From contig LSSH01000084.1 of NCBI GenBank assembly GCA_001595885.1, positions 1 through 41,329 of the forward strand: DNA of 41,329 bases, written 5' to 3'. Position numbers and translations under genes: made by a program. Under the pieces are notes generated by a model. That model searched no databases. It was given only the letters and a program-made list of their open reading frames with translations, and was not told the DNA's origin. Positions 9,890-18,994 of this stretch are shown piece by piece (positions within the stretch are counted from its first letter, which is position 1; each line of letters opens with the position of its first letter). Source of the stretch: Candidatus Proteinoplasmatales archaeon SG8-5. GTDB lineage: Archaea > Thermoplasmatota > Thermoplasmata > SG8-5.

Positions 9890-11493
9890 ACGATAAGGTC
9901 AGGCCTTTGTTATTGTTTTCCATTGTCATCGTTCTCGTCTTAATCCCGAAATTCACATTCGCCGCAAATGACATCCATGATTCGTTCAGTTACTCGAACT
10001 CTGCTCTCGCGCAAACCGCGATTAACGAAGAGAACATCGAATTCTATCCTTATGAGAACGAAGTGAATACCATCAATCGACATGCGAACGGCTGGAGTAT
10101 TCGGTGGGTCGTCACATCGATGATATCTTCCATAAGCCTTGTCACAGGCCTAAGCCCCAGAGACCTTCAGTCATTGCCGATATGTACATTCGGCATACTG
10201 ATTCTGGCATATCTGGTGGCGATGAAGTTGACGAAGGACTGGCGGCTTTCAACGTTCTACATGGTTATCATTGCCTTCGACCCGACAGTGAACAGCCTGA
10301 CCAACAGCACTTACATACAGGGTTGGGGCTTTTTATTCTTCTACATGCTGATTTATTTGGCCATGATTATTGTGGAAAGGAAGTATTACCTTGCACTCTT
10401 CAAGGAAAGGGAGGATTACAGGCCCTTCGCGTTGTTTGGTTCATTGGCCGTTTGCAGCCTCGTCATGATGTATTTCTCATACTATTCAGCCTTGATCTAC
10501 GCAGTAATCCTGCTTGTGGTCGTTGCAGGCGGCAAGATGTTCATGGGACCGACCCGGCAAATCGACCGAAGGCACATAACCATCTTCATTGCGGCTTTGG
10601 CGGCGATATTTGTAGTATTATACTTTGTGGAAGAGACTGTCAGGTTTGCCATATCCAATTTCCAGGATTTTCTTGAGACTTCATACGATTATGTAATAAC
10701 CGCGATTTCCACCGCAGGACCGCGCTTCTATGTCGGCCTCGCCTCATATATTCTGATGGGAATCCCACTTGTCTTCTTAGGATACAAATGGTTGAGGGCC
10801 ATGCGAAGGAACAAGGCTTTCCCAACCCTGAATTGGAAAGACCTCTTCATTATCGGATTCATAATTACGGGAATACTAAATTTGGCGATTTACACCGGTC
10901 TCGGCCTGGTTGATTTAAAATATATCATCATGTTCTTCTCATTGGCAGCCCTTTACTCAATAGTGAGGCTCAAGCCCTCAGACATAAAAAATTTCAATCT
11001 CTCGAAGTTACGCAGCATTCCAAAGAAACAGGCATTCGCAGCGGTTCTCGCCTTTCTATTCTTATTCAAATTCATCACCTACATTGGCCCCATAATAGAT
11101 GACAATACAACTCAGGACTCTATAGGCCTGGATTGGATCTCATATATCGGCCTTGATGCGGACTCCGCAAGCATCTCCGATCTCAGGTTGAGCGGGGAGA
11201 TAATGCTCTATCATACCGAGCAGGGACATGAAGAATTTAATTCCTATGTGTATTCAGCTTATTACCTTACAAACCTGGAAAATATGAATGCGACAAATTA
11301 TTACGAGTTAAATGAGGAAATGGATTACATAATTCTAACAGGCGCTAATGAGGAAGGCACCTTCAATGTTGGGAATTGGGATAGCTGGTCGACGGATGCT
11401 GATGTAATGGCCATGTTGGGCAATTACACATTCATCCATAAGGTGTATATTTCAAACGACATTTCTGTTTGGAGAGTTATGGTAAATCTTTAG
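9886..11493 (+). CDS. Polytopic membrane protein of unknown family; candidate Wzy-like polymerase or GT-C enzyme
   Basis: 535 aa with an N-terminal signal/anchor, more than 10 hydrophobic segments and a C-terminal soluble tail of about 130 aa. No motif I can name. The function is inferred from context only. Confidence 0.5.
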   Translation: MNDKVRPLLLFSIVIVLVLIPKFTFAANDIHDSFSYSNSALAQTAINEENIEFYPYENEVNTINRHANGWSIRWVVTSMISSISLVTGLSPRDLQSLPICTFGILILAYLVAMKLTKDWRLSTFYMVIIAFDPTVNSLTNSTYIQGWGFLFFYMLIYLAMIIVERKYYLALFKEREDYRPFALFGSLAVCSLVMMYFSYYSALIYAVILLVVVAGGKMFMGPTRQIDRRHITIFIAALAAIFVVLYFVEETVRFAISNFQDFLETSYDYVITAISTAGPRFYVGLASYILMGIPLVFLGYKWLRAMRRNKAFPTLNWKDLFIIGFIITGILNLAIYTGLGLVDLKYIIMFFSLAALYSIVRLKPSDIKNFNLSKLRSIPKKQAFAAVLAFLFLFKFITYIGPIIDDNTTQDSIGLDWISYIGLDADSASISDLRLSGEIMLYHTEQGHEEFNSYVYSAYYLTNLENMNATNYYELNEEMDYIILTGANEEGTFNVGNWDSWSTDADVMAMLGNYTFIHKVYISNDISVWRVMVNL

Positions 11494-11504
11494 GATTAAT
11501 AAAC

Positions 11505-13775
11505 ATGTCAGGAATTACTAGAAAAAATATATATTTAATATTGGCGCTGGTCATAGCGGTAATCCTGATTATCGCCACTATGTCTATTAGTTATATTAAT
11601 TTTCAAAGAATCAAGTCTTTGCCACCCTCAGTTTCTCTTGTCAGGGTGAACGACGATATCAACATAACGATATTATCCGGAACAGTCGTTACATTAACCG
11701 CAATCATCGATGATACTACAAGGGGCGACTCAATAATCCAGGGTGCAAATTATTCCGTTGGATTACGGAACTGGCCCGCATCCCAGATGGAGCCCGTAGA
11801 CGGACTGTTCAACGAGACCATTGAAACGGTGACCGTTGACATTGATACCGGGGGATGGACTGACGGCACCTATCATTTGTACATATATGGCATTGATGAA
11901 TTGGGAAACGGTAACTTCACGCCCAACGAGCATGTGACATTGGTCGTCACCGATCCTCCTCACATATCCAATGTATCGATCAATGGTCAGAGCAATATTG
12001 TCGTGGCTCCGGGTTCGGAAATAATTGTCAATGCCACTCTCGATGATTCCCTAACCGGTGGCTCAACGATCAAGAGCGCTTTCATTACTATCGATGATGT
12101 CAAGATAACCATGGAACCAGAGGATGAGGATTTCGACTCATCCACAGAATGCGTTTCCGCATCGTTGAGCACTCAGGGGTGGTTAGAAGGCAGTCATGAG
12201 ATAGTAATAAACGCTTACGACGATTTGGGAAACGAGGAGACAACTACTCGACAATCAACTTTGTTGGCGATCTCGGACCCCCCGTTAATATCGGACATAC
12301 GACTGTCCAATCGAACCGTGATTTCCGTGGCACCCGGCGTCCCTGTGGAACTGACCGCAAGAATTGACGATACTGACACAGGAAACACTCCCATATATAA
12401 CGCATGGTTCACAATAGACAATTCCACGGTTACTTTTCTAGAACCGGTTGACGGTCAATTTGATAATTCTTCTGAGGAAGTTAGGGGAACCATCATGACA
12501 GAGGGATTGTCTGATGATGTTTACGATATTCAGATCTTCGCCTCAGATACCATTGGAGGTTCAGACGTAACGGCACAAGATAACACCCTCCTTACAATTG
12601 CCGCTCCACCAGAAATCAACAATGTTACAATAGACGGCTTCTCTGAAATCATTGTTGTACCAGGAGGATTGGTAGAGGTGAGGGCGATTGTTGACGATAC
12701 CGATACAGGGAATTCTACAGTCGACGCGGCCTACATCACTTATGGCAATGGGACCGTATATATTGTAGATATGTATCCTACTGACGGTTCATATGACTCG
12801 CCAAGAGAAGAGGTCTTCAGTATAATTGATACGAGCAGTTGGCCGAACGGCACTCATTTTATCCAAGTCCGGGCCAGAGACATAAAACAAAACATCAATG
12901 AGACCGGATGTCATGCGCGCTTGATAGTTACGGCCCCATTCAGGATGTTCGAATATGATTTGATATTACCGGAATATTCGAACAGGTCTTACACCTGGGA
13001 GACTTTGAACCCGGTAATAACCACAGATGTGGATTCAGATGGAGTCCCCAAGAACTTGTTCAATGGGGAACTACATTACCATCCTGTGGCCATAGCCCAA
13101 TATGCGCTGAGAATGCTTGATTCGTACATTTTATCTGGCAATGAGAGTTATTATAATATTTCGGTATCATGCTTACACAGATTGATCAACGAATCCCATT
13201 CTATTGATGGAGCTCTGTATGTGCCCTACACTTTTGATTTTGCCCTTCACGGGCATGCTGACCAAATGATGATCGCACCTTGGTACTCTGGAATGGCACA
13301 AGGCCAGTTTTTATCATTATTATCAAGAATTATTGACATAACGGGTGACGAATACTATTTGGATGTGGCTGAAAAGGTTTTTCGCAGTTTCTACAATCTT
13401 GAGGCACATCATACAACCTGGACAGTATATTCCAATTCACATGATTATTACTGGATAAGCGAATACCCAATGATTGATAAGACCCAGGTGCTCAACGGGT
13501 TCGTGTGGGCTACCTATGGGCTTCTGGATTATTATTTCTTGGTCAACAGCAGTCTATTTGTGAACCAGTTGTTGAGAGCAGCATTAACTTCAATCCAGGA
13601 CCATGTATTGCTATACCGGAGGGTTGGAAATCTTAGTATATATTGCCTTAAACATCAGGTCGTCAGTGTAACATATCACATGATTCACATTGAACAGCAG
13701 GAGACACTATTTCACTACACGAACGAGGCCTACTTCCACGATATGTCCGTGACCTTCTATAATGATTGGCATTGA
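11505..13775 (+). CDS. Membrane-anchored extracellular protein: 4 tandem beta-sandwich repeats plus a D-glucuronyl C5-epimerase-like C-terminal domain
   Basis: ATG at 11505 gives MSGITRKNIYLILALVIAVILIIA (TM anchor); the track start at 11469 is a TTG overlapping the previous gene. Four repeats of about 108-110 aa. C-terminal HYHPVAIAQYALRM and APWYSGMAQGQFLSLLSRI..TGDEYYL resemble the C5-epimerase C-terminal domain family (PF06662-like, from memory). Confidence 0.7.
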   Translation: MSGITRKNIYLILALVIAVILIIATMSISYINFQRIKSLPPSVSLVRVNDDINITILSGTVVTLTAIIDDTTRGDSIIQGANYSVGLRNWPASQMEPVDGLFNETIETVTVDIDTGGWTDGTYHLYIYGIDELGNGNFTPNEHVTLVVTDPPHISNVSINGQSNIVVAPGSEIIVNATLDDSLTGGSTIKSAFITIDDVKITMEPEDEDFDSSTECVSASLSTQGWLEGSHEIVINAYDDLGNEETTTRQSTLLAISDPPLISDIRLSNRTVISVAPGVPVELTARIDDTDTGNTPIYNAWFTIDNSTVTFLEPVDGQFDNSSEEVRGTIMTEGLSDDVYDIQIFASDTIGGSDVTAQDNTLLTIAAPPEINNVTIDGFSEIIVVPGGLVEVRAIVDDTDTGNSTVDAAYITYGNGTVYIVDMYPTDGSYDSPREEVFSIIDTSSWPNGTHFIQVRARDIKQNINETGCHARLIVTAPFRMFEYDLILPEYSNRSYTWETLNPVITTDVDSDGVPKNLFNGELHYHPVAIAQYALRMLDSYILSGNESYYNISVSCLHRLINESHSIDGALYVPYTFDFALHGHADQMMIAPWYSGMAQGQFLSLLSRIIDITGDEYYLDVAEKVFRSFYNLEAHHTTWTVYSNSHDYYWISEYPMIDKTQVLNGFVWATYGLLDYYFLVNSSLFVNQLLRAALTSIQDHVLLYRRVGNLSIYCLKHQVVSVTYHMIHIEQQETLFHYTNEAYFHDMSVTFYNDWH
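11625..12935 (+). repeat. Four in-frame tandem domain repeats (330, 324, 327, 330 nt) within the epimerase-like gene
   Basis: Units start at 11625, 11955, 12279 and 12606, each opening with Pro-Pro (PPSVSLVRV / PPHISNVSI / PPLISDIRL / PPEINNVTI). Shared pattern: A.(I/L)DD(T/S).TG.s.I..A......v.m.P.DG.FD...E......T.gW..G.h.I...A.D..GN. Divergent at nucleotide level. Confidence 0.8.
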
Positions 13776-13844
13776 GCGCGTCGTCTGGCTCCCAGGCCGT
13801 ATCCTCGGCGCAACTGTTAAATAAATACGCCACTTGGCCCAAAT

Positions 13845-15119
13845 GTGCAAATAAAAAATGCCTTACGCAAATCGCTGTCGGTTTCAGGTATAAAGATAGA
13901 TTCGGATTTCGAGAAGAATCAATGGTTAAAGTCCGAAGAGCTCGTTCGGATCCAGAGAACGTTGGTTAGAAAATTGGTCGAGGAGGCGTGCGCGAACGTC
14001 CCGTTTTGGGGTCGTACATTCAGGGACCTGGGCCTTAGACCGTCCGACATCAAGTGTGTGTCGGATCTGGAGAAGCTGCCTGTGACTAGCAAGGCCATGA
14101 TGAGGGGCAAGGCTGAGTTTAGATCTAATATAATCAAGTCCATGCAACCGTTCATGCTCCATACAGGCGGATCCACGGGTCAGGTCTTCAGGTATTACAC
14201 CACAGGTCTAAGCCGTTCCGCTTTGGATGCTTGCAGGATCAGAGCGTGGCGGTGGGCTGGTTACAAGGACAAGGACCGGATTGCCACGTTCACAGGCGGT
14301 GGTCTGGGAAGCAGCAAAAGGAAGTTTGCCCTGGACTGCGTTGGAATGAACGAGGATACAATGGATGAGTACATACAACTGATCAAGAAATATAAAATCG
14401 ATATCCTCAGGGGCATCCCAAGCGGGCTCATGACCTTTGCGAGGCATGTTGAGAAGAGGGGCATAGACCTGAGGAAAAAGTGTGTCCTTACAACGTCGGA
14501 GACCCTTTTGCCCGAACACAGAAAATTCATCGGAGAAGTTCTGGGTGAGGTTTTCGACGGTTACGGTGCCAATGATGGGGGAAGCAGTGCATTCGAATGT
14601 TCTGAGCACAACGGCTGGCACATATCGGTTGACAAGAGCGTCTTTGAGGTCCTGGACCGGAACTGTGAGCATGCGGCCCCAGGGGAAGAAGGAATATTGA
14701 CCGTGACGTGCCTGTACAATTATGGAATGCCATGGATACGTTACATGTCAAATGACCTGGCTGTATTGACCGATGAGAAATGCGCATGCGGAAGGGGTCT
14801 GCCGCTGATGTCCAAGATCAAGGGCAGGACCACCGACCTCATAGTGACCAGGAACACAACGATGAACGGGACGGAGCTGGCCAATCATGTGATCGGTATG
14901 AAGTTGCCCATAAAGGCATTCCAGTTCATTCAGACTGCCACCGAACGCGTGACCATGAGGGTGGCACGTGAACCCGGCTGGGCGGATTCTGATGAGGGAA
15001 AACTCATCAATATGCTCCATCAATATGATCCTGACCTGGATATTCGCTTCGAATATCCGGATGATATTCCCACGACACCTGCGGGAAAAAGCGAATACGT
15101 CGTGAATATGATGGATTGA
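13845..15119 (+). CDS. Adenylate-forming enzyme, PaaK / CapK / coenzyme F390 synthetase-like
   Basis: 424 aa with HTGGSTGQVFRYY (P-loop-like S/T-G-S-T-G of the PaaK/CapK clade). N-terminal SEELVRIQRTLVRKLVEEACANVPFW is typical of CapK-like proteins. GTG start. Confidence 0.8.
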   Translation: MQIKNALRKSLSVSGIKIDSDFEKNQWLKSEELVRIQRTLVRKLVEEACANVPFWGRTFRDLGLRPSDIKCVSDLEKLPVTSKAMMRGKAEFRSNIIKSMQPFMLHTGGSTGQVFRYYTTGLSRSALDACRIRAWRWAGYKDKDRIATFTGGGLGSSKRKFALDCVGMNEDTMDEYIQLIKKYKIDILRGIPSGLMTFARHVEKRGIDLRKKCVLTTSETLLPEHRKFIGEVLGEVFDGYGANDGGSSAFECSEHNGWHISVDKSVFEVLDRNCEHAAPGEEGILTVTCLYNYGMPWIRYMSNDLAVLTDEKCACGRGLPLMSKIKGRTTDLIVTRNTTMNGTELANHVIGMKLPIKAFQFIQTATERVTMRVAREPGWADSDEGKLINMLHQYDPDLDIRFEYPDDIPTTPAGKSEYVVNMMD

Positions 15120-15190
15120 TATCGTAGAAGTTTTAATATTGGACAAATAAGTTATACAATGTAGTTATTTATCCGCACTGTGGAATTTGG

Positions 15191-16354
15191 ATGAAGCGTG
15201 TTCTGGTTGTTTTGAAATCCTCATACAAGAAATATCAGACAGACTCACGAGTCCAACGTCAGGTTCGAACCCTTTGTGACCGTGGTTTTACCGTGACCGT
15301 ATTGCTGGTTGATAATCCAAGAAATATGCCGAAGCCAGGCACTCTTCCATATGAAACTGTATGCGTTGACCTTCCGGGATTCTGGAGTTCAAAAGGTGCA
15401 TCGCGCATTAAGCAAATGTGGCTCCAAGTACGATATTTCCTAAAGGCAAAAAAGTGCATAAAGTCTCTGAATCCCGATGTCCTGATAATGAATGACGTGA
15501 ACACGCTCGTATTCTCAAGATCCAAGGCTGGTTTGAAGATCTACGACTCCCATGAGCTGTGGTACGACCTTGTTGAGTATCATGGGTATGTTCGAGGGCG
15601 TTTTGGGAGGTGGCTTTTCAAATCAATAGAAAAGCGTTACTCCAAGGATGTGGACGCATTCATCACCGTGAACGATTCCATGGCCGAGTTTTTGGGAAAG
15701 CGCCTTGGTAAGAGGTTCCACGTGATACGAAATGTGCCTTTAATCGAAGAATCGGACCGGATCGACATACGGAAGTCCAATGGATTGCCGAACACCACAT
15801 TTATTATCGTCCATTCAGGGTCGATCAGCGAGAACAGGGGACTGAATGAACTTGGCCAATTGATCACGAGATTGTACAAAGAAGAGGTTCGCAATGTGTC
15901 ATTTGTGTTATATGGTATAGATAAAGGTACAATGAAAAGACTTAGGATGATGTGCACCAAGGATGCATTAAAACAACATAGGTTTCATGGTCCGTTATCT
16001 CAAAAAGAATTATATTCTACGCTGAAAACAGCAGACCTCGGCATCTTATTAACGAAAAATACAAATCTGAACAACTACCATTCGCTGCCGAACAAGCTCT
16101 TCGAATACTTAATGAACGGATTGCCTGTCATTTGCTCTGATTTCCCTGAGATGCGAACACTCATCGAAAAATATGACGTTGGATGGTTGGTAAATCCTGA
16201 AAATACGGAAGACGTCAACGCTGCTATAACCCAGGCACATACCGATAGTTCAATGTTACGTAAATACAAAGAGAATACTACTCGTCTAACAGGAGATATT
16301 TCTTTTAAACAGGAAATGGGAATTCTCGTTGAGTTGATCGAGGCCTCTCATTAG
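15191..16354 (+). CDS. GT4-like (GT-B) glycosyltransferase
   Basis: C-terminal LPNKLFEYLMNGLPVICSDFPEMRTLIEKYDVGWLV; N-terminal Rossmann-like half. Confidence 0.75.
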   Translation: MKRVLVVLKSSYKKYQTDSRVQRQVRTLCDRGFTVTVLLVDNPRNMPKPGTLPYETVCVDLPGFWSSKGASRIKQMWLQVRYFLKAKKCIKSLNPDVLIMNDVNTLVFSRSKAGLKIYDSHELWYDLVEYHGYVRGRFGRWLFKSIEKRYSKDVDAFITVNDSMAEFLGKRLGKRFHVIRNVPLIEESDRIDIRKSNGLPNTTFIIVHSGSISENRGLNELGQLITRLYKEEVRNVSFVLYGIDKGTMKRLRMMCTKDALKQHRFHGPLSQKELYSTLKTADLGILLTKNTNLNNYHSLPNKLFEYLMNGLPVICSDFPEMRTLIEKYDVGWLVNPENTEDVNAAITQAHTDSSMLRKYKENTTRLTGDISFKQEMGILVELIEASH

Positions 16355-16365
16355 TCAGTACGACT

Positions 16366-17871
16366 TCATTCTACATCTTTCTTCACGACGACTCTGATTA
16401 TGGTTTGGATACTATCCTTAGTGAGGATGCCGGAAAAATAAAGCGCTGCCGCATATATCGGTATCAGGACCAAACCTACTATGTTCTCTGATATTCCTAT
16501 TAGAGTAATCGACAGATAAATTGAGATGATAAACAACACGAACAGGACTAGGCCTGTGAATAACATACGCATCTCCATTCTTCTTTTGAGGTATTTCGGT
16601 AAGTAGAGGAAAAAGAGGATGACCTCCACGATGAAGCTTAGGCCTATCGCTATAGCAGCACCATTCAACAGACCAAATTCAAACGAAAGCATGATTATGG
16701 ATACGGGGATGAGGACGATGCCCAAACCAATGTTCGTGATCGCCTTCATCACAGATATCTTTGAGGGGATGTCCGGCCTTCCGTGACTGGCAAAAATAAT
16801 TGTAATGGGAGTGAGCACACTGTATAAAAGCCCCAGTATCACTAGGATCCTCAAGGGAGTGATTGCCAATAGGAAATCCTCCTTTCCTGGGAAAAGTATC
16901 ATTATCAGATCGTCCACGAATATCAGGAGCAATAAAGTTAGTATGGACAGGAAGGTGAACGAGAACCTTAATATCGTGTTCACAAGCGATACTATTGTCG
17001 CCTTTTGTCGTTTGGCATAATAATATGAGATAACTGGGTAGGTTATCTTTTGTACTGCAGAAGGAGCCATCATTAAGAAGTTGAAGAACATCAATGCGAT
17101 GGCGTAGATGCCCACTGAGGAATCGGTCAGGTAGAATCCAATCAGCAGGGTGGCCGCCTGTGAGTTGATCAATGATACCACATTTGCTATGTGTAATTGA
17201 CCTCCGAAGTTCGTAATCTTCTTTGCATGATACTTGAAACGCTGAAACTTAAATCTGAATATTGACCTGTGGGTTATCAGACAGATAATCGTGACTATTG
17301 GCGGAGGAAGGGCAAGGGCGATGACAGCTCCTGTCAGGCCGTATCCCTCCGAGATGAATAACAGTGTCAGAGCCAATATCAAGCCATTTCTCAGGGCCTC
17401 GAAAGCGGTGTAATGCTTCATCAACCTCAGGCCGTTGAATAGGCTAATGTACACGTTATTGAACATTACAAATGGGAACGAAAATGCCACTATCCAGAGA
17501 TAATAACCGAGGTCTGGCATGTCGAATATCGTCTCTATGAAAGGAGCCAAAGCGATGGTGAGGATGGCTGTGATGATCCCGATAATGAAGCTCAGAACCA
17601 AGGCAGCGGTGGTTATTGAATCCCTGGTCTTTCTTCTATCCCTGAATTCGGCTATGAATTTCACTACCGCCACCGGAACACCTATGCTGGCGACCAACGT
17701 GATGATCAACATGAGTGAGAACACGATAGTGTAGGTTCCCAACCCGGCAGAATCAAAATAATTTCCCAGGATTATCTTAAGGAGAAATCCGACACTCATA
17801 ACAAGAACTGAACTGATAAAGGCCCAGCCAACATCGAACGTGAATTTTCTAGCTACTTTTACTGTTACCAT
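16366..17871 (-). CDS. wzx: Wzx-like oligosaccharide flippase (MOP superfamily, polysaccharide biosynthesis protein)
   Basis: 501 aa with about 12-14 TM segments. N-terminal KFTFDVGWAFISSVLVMSVGFLLKIILGNYF is typical of the PST/Wzx family. Embedded in the glycosyltransferase cluster. Confidence 0.8.
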   Translation of the reverse strand: MVTVKVARKFTFDVGWAFISSVLVMSVGFLLKIILGNYFDSAGLGTYTIVFSLMLIITLVASIGVPVAVVKFIAEFRDRRKTRDSITTAALVLSFIIGIITAILTIALAPFIETIFDMPDLGYYLWIVAFSFPFVMFNNVYISLFNGLRLMKHYTAFEALRNGLILALTLLFISEGYGLTGAVIALALPPPIVTIICLITHRSIFRFKFQRFKYHAKKITNFGGQLHIANVVSLINSQAATLLIGFYLTDSSVGIYAIALMFFNFLMMAPSAVQKITYPVISYYYAKRQKATIVSLVNTILRFSFTFLSILTLLLLIFVDDLIMILFPGKEDFLLAITPLRILVILGLLYSVLTPITIIFASHGRPDIPSKISVMKAITNIGLGIVLIPVSIIMLSFEFGLLNGAAIAIGLSFIVEVILFFLYLPKYLKRRMEMRMLFTGLVLFVLFIISIYLSITLIGISENIVGLVLIPIYAAALYFSGILTKDSIQTIIRVVVKKDVE

Positions 17872-17984
17872 TCAGTCCCCTTTTGAATACAACACGGTTC
17901 CATTTACCTTTACAAACAGGTGTACAGACAGAATATTGATATAGTATAGATAATATTTGCAGAGATATATTCTGGAGGAGACTG

Positions 17985-18980
17985 ATGAGGATATTGCACA
18001 TCGGAAACCTGGCCTCTGTTGGCTACAACCTAACAAAGAGGCTCAGAGAACTTGGGTACGACGCCCATCTTTTTGACTGGAGCACGACCGAAATCATTGA
18101 CAGGGAGGATGCGGACTGGGTCATCCGCCCGAAAAGGCACTTCTTCGATGCAAGTGATTTCCTTGCATTGAGACTCGGCCGATTTGACCTTGTACACATG
18201 CATACGTTATTGAGCGATTACTGTGTCCTCCAATCGATAAAATTCCTGATGAGGGCTGGAACTCCGACTAAGTTCGCGCATGCACATTGCTCCATTAATA
18301 GCGGTTCAAAGGAAATGTCCCCAAGGTTGAAATCTTATATCATTCGTTACGGCGCCAAGGCAGTCTTCTTTTCAACACCCAACATCGGTCCCAACATCCG
18401 ACGCTTCCCCCAAAGGAAGGTTTTTCTACCTAACCCCGTCAACACCGAGATATTCAGACCTGGTGGGGAGATTGAGTATACCAACAGAGTACTTTGTTGG
18501 GTGAAGATGGACCACAACAAAGGTTATGATGTCATCCTCGAAGCAATTAACCACTGTCCCGAGATTGACTTTGATATTCCTAGAATCGGTACACTGAAAT
18601 TCGATAAGATAAAATTCCCACCCAATGTACGCTTAATACCCCCTATACCGCATGACAAGGTTCCCGCTCTGTTGAACAAATATCCGCTGATTCTCGAACA
18701 GTTCCTCGTGGGGGCAATGGGGCAGTCTGGTTTAGAGGCGATGGCCTGTGGCAAACCAGTAATTTGTAATTGGAACAAGGATAATGACATTGAATATTCT
18801 GAACCGTGTCCGGTGGTGTCAGCGAAAAAACCAGAGGATATTGCCCAGAAAATCCGAGAAACAATAGATAATCACGTACAAATAGGTACAAAATCCAGAG
18901 ATTGGGTCGTGAAACACCATTCAATGCAAGTGGCTGTCGATAAATTATTGAACGAATACCGACTTCATGTTGATTTATAA
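17985..18980 (+). CDS. GT-B fold glycosyltransferase-like protein (distant GT4)
   Basis: MRILHIGNLASVGYNL start and C-terminal GAMGQSGLEAMACGKPVI. GGAGGAG Shine-Dalgarno-like sequence 6-12 nt upstream. Confidence 0.65.
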   Translation: MRILHIGNLASVGYNLTKRLRELGYDAHLFDWSTTEIIDREDADWVIRPKRHFFDASDFLALRLGRFDLVHMHTLLSDYCVLQSIKFLMRAGTPTKFAHAHCSINSGSKEMSPRLKSYIIRYGAKAVFFSTPNIGPNIRRFPQRKVFLPNPVNTEIFRPGGEIEYTNRVLCWVKMDHNKGYDVILEAINHCPEIDFDIPRIGTLKFDKIKFPPNVRLIPPIPHDKVPALLNKYPLILEQFLVGAMGQSGLEAMACGKPVICNWNKDNDIEYSEPCPVVSAKKPEDIAQKIRETIDNHVQIGTKSRDWVVKHHSMQVAVDKLLNEYRLHVDL

Positions 18981-18994
18981 TCGTAAAATACGTA

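Noticed and set aside
13766-13969. 67-aa ORF bridging the epimerase-like and CapK-like genes
   Set aside because: It overlaps the start of the CapK-like gene out of frame and shows no coding signal.
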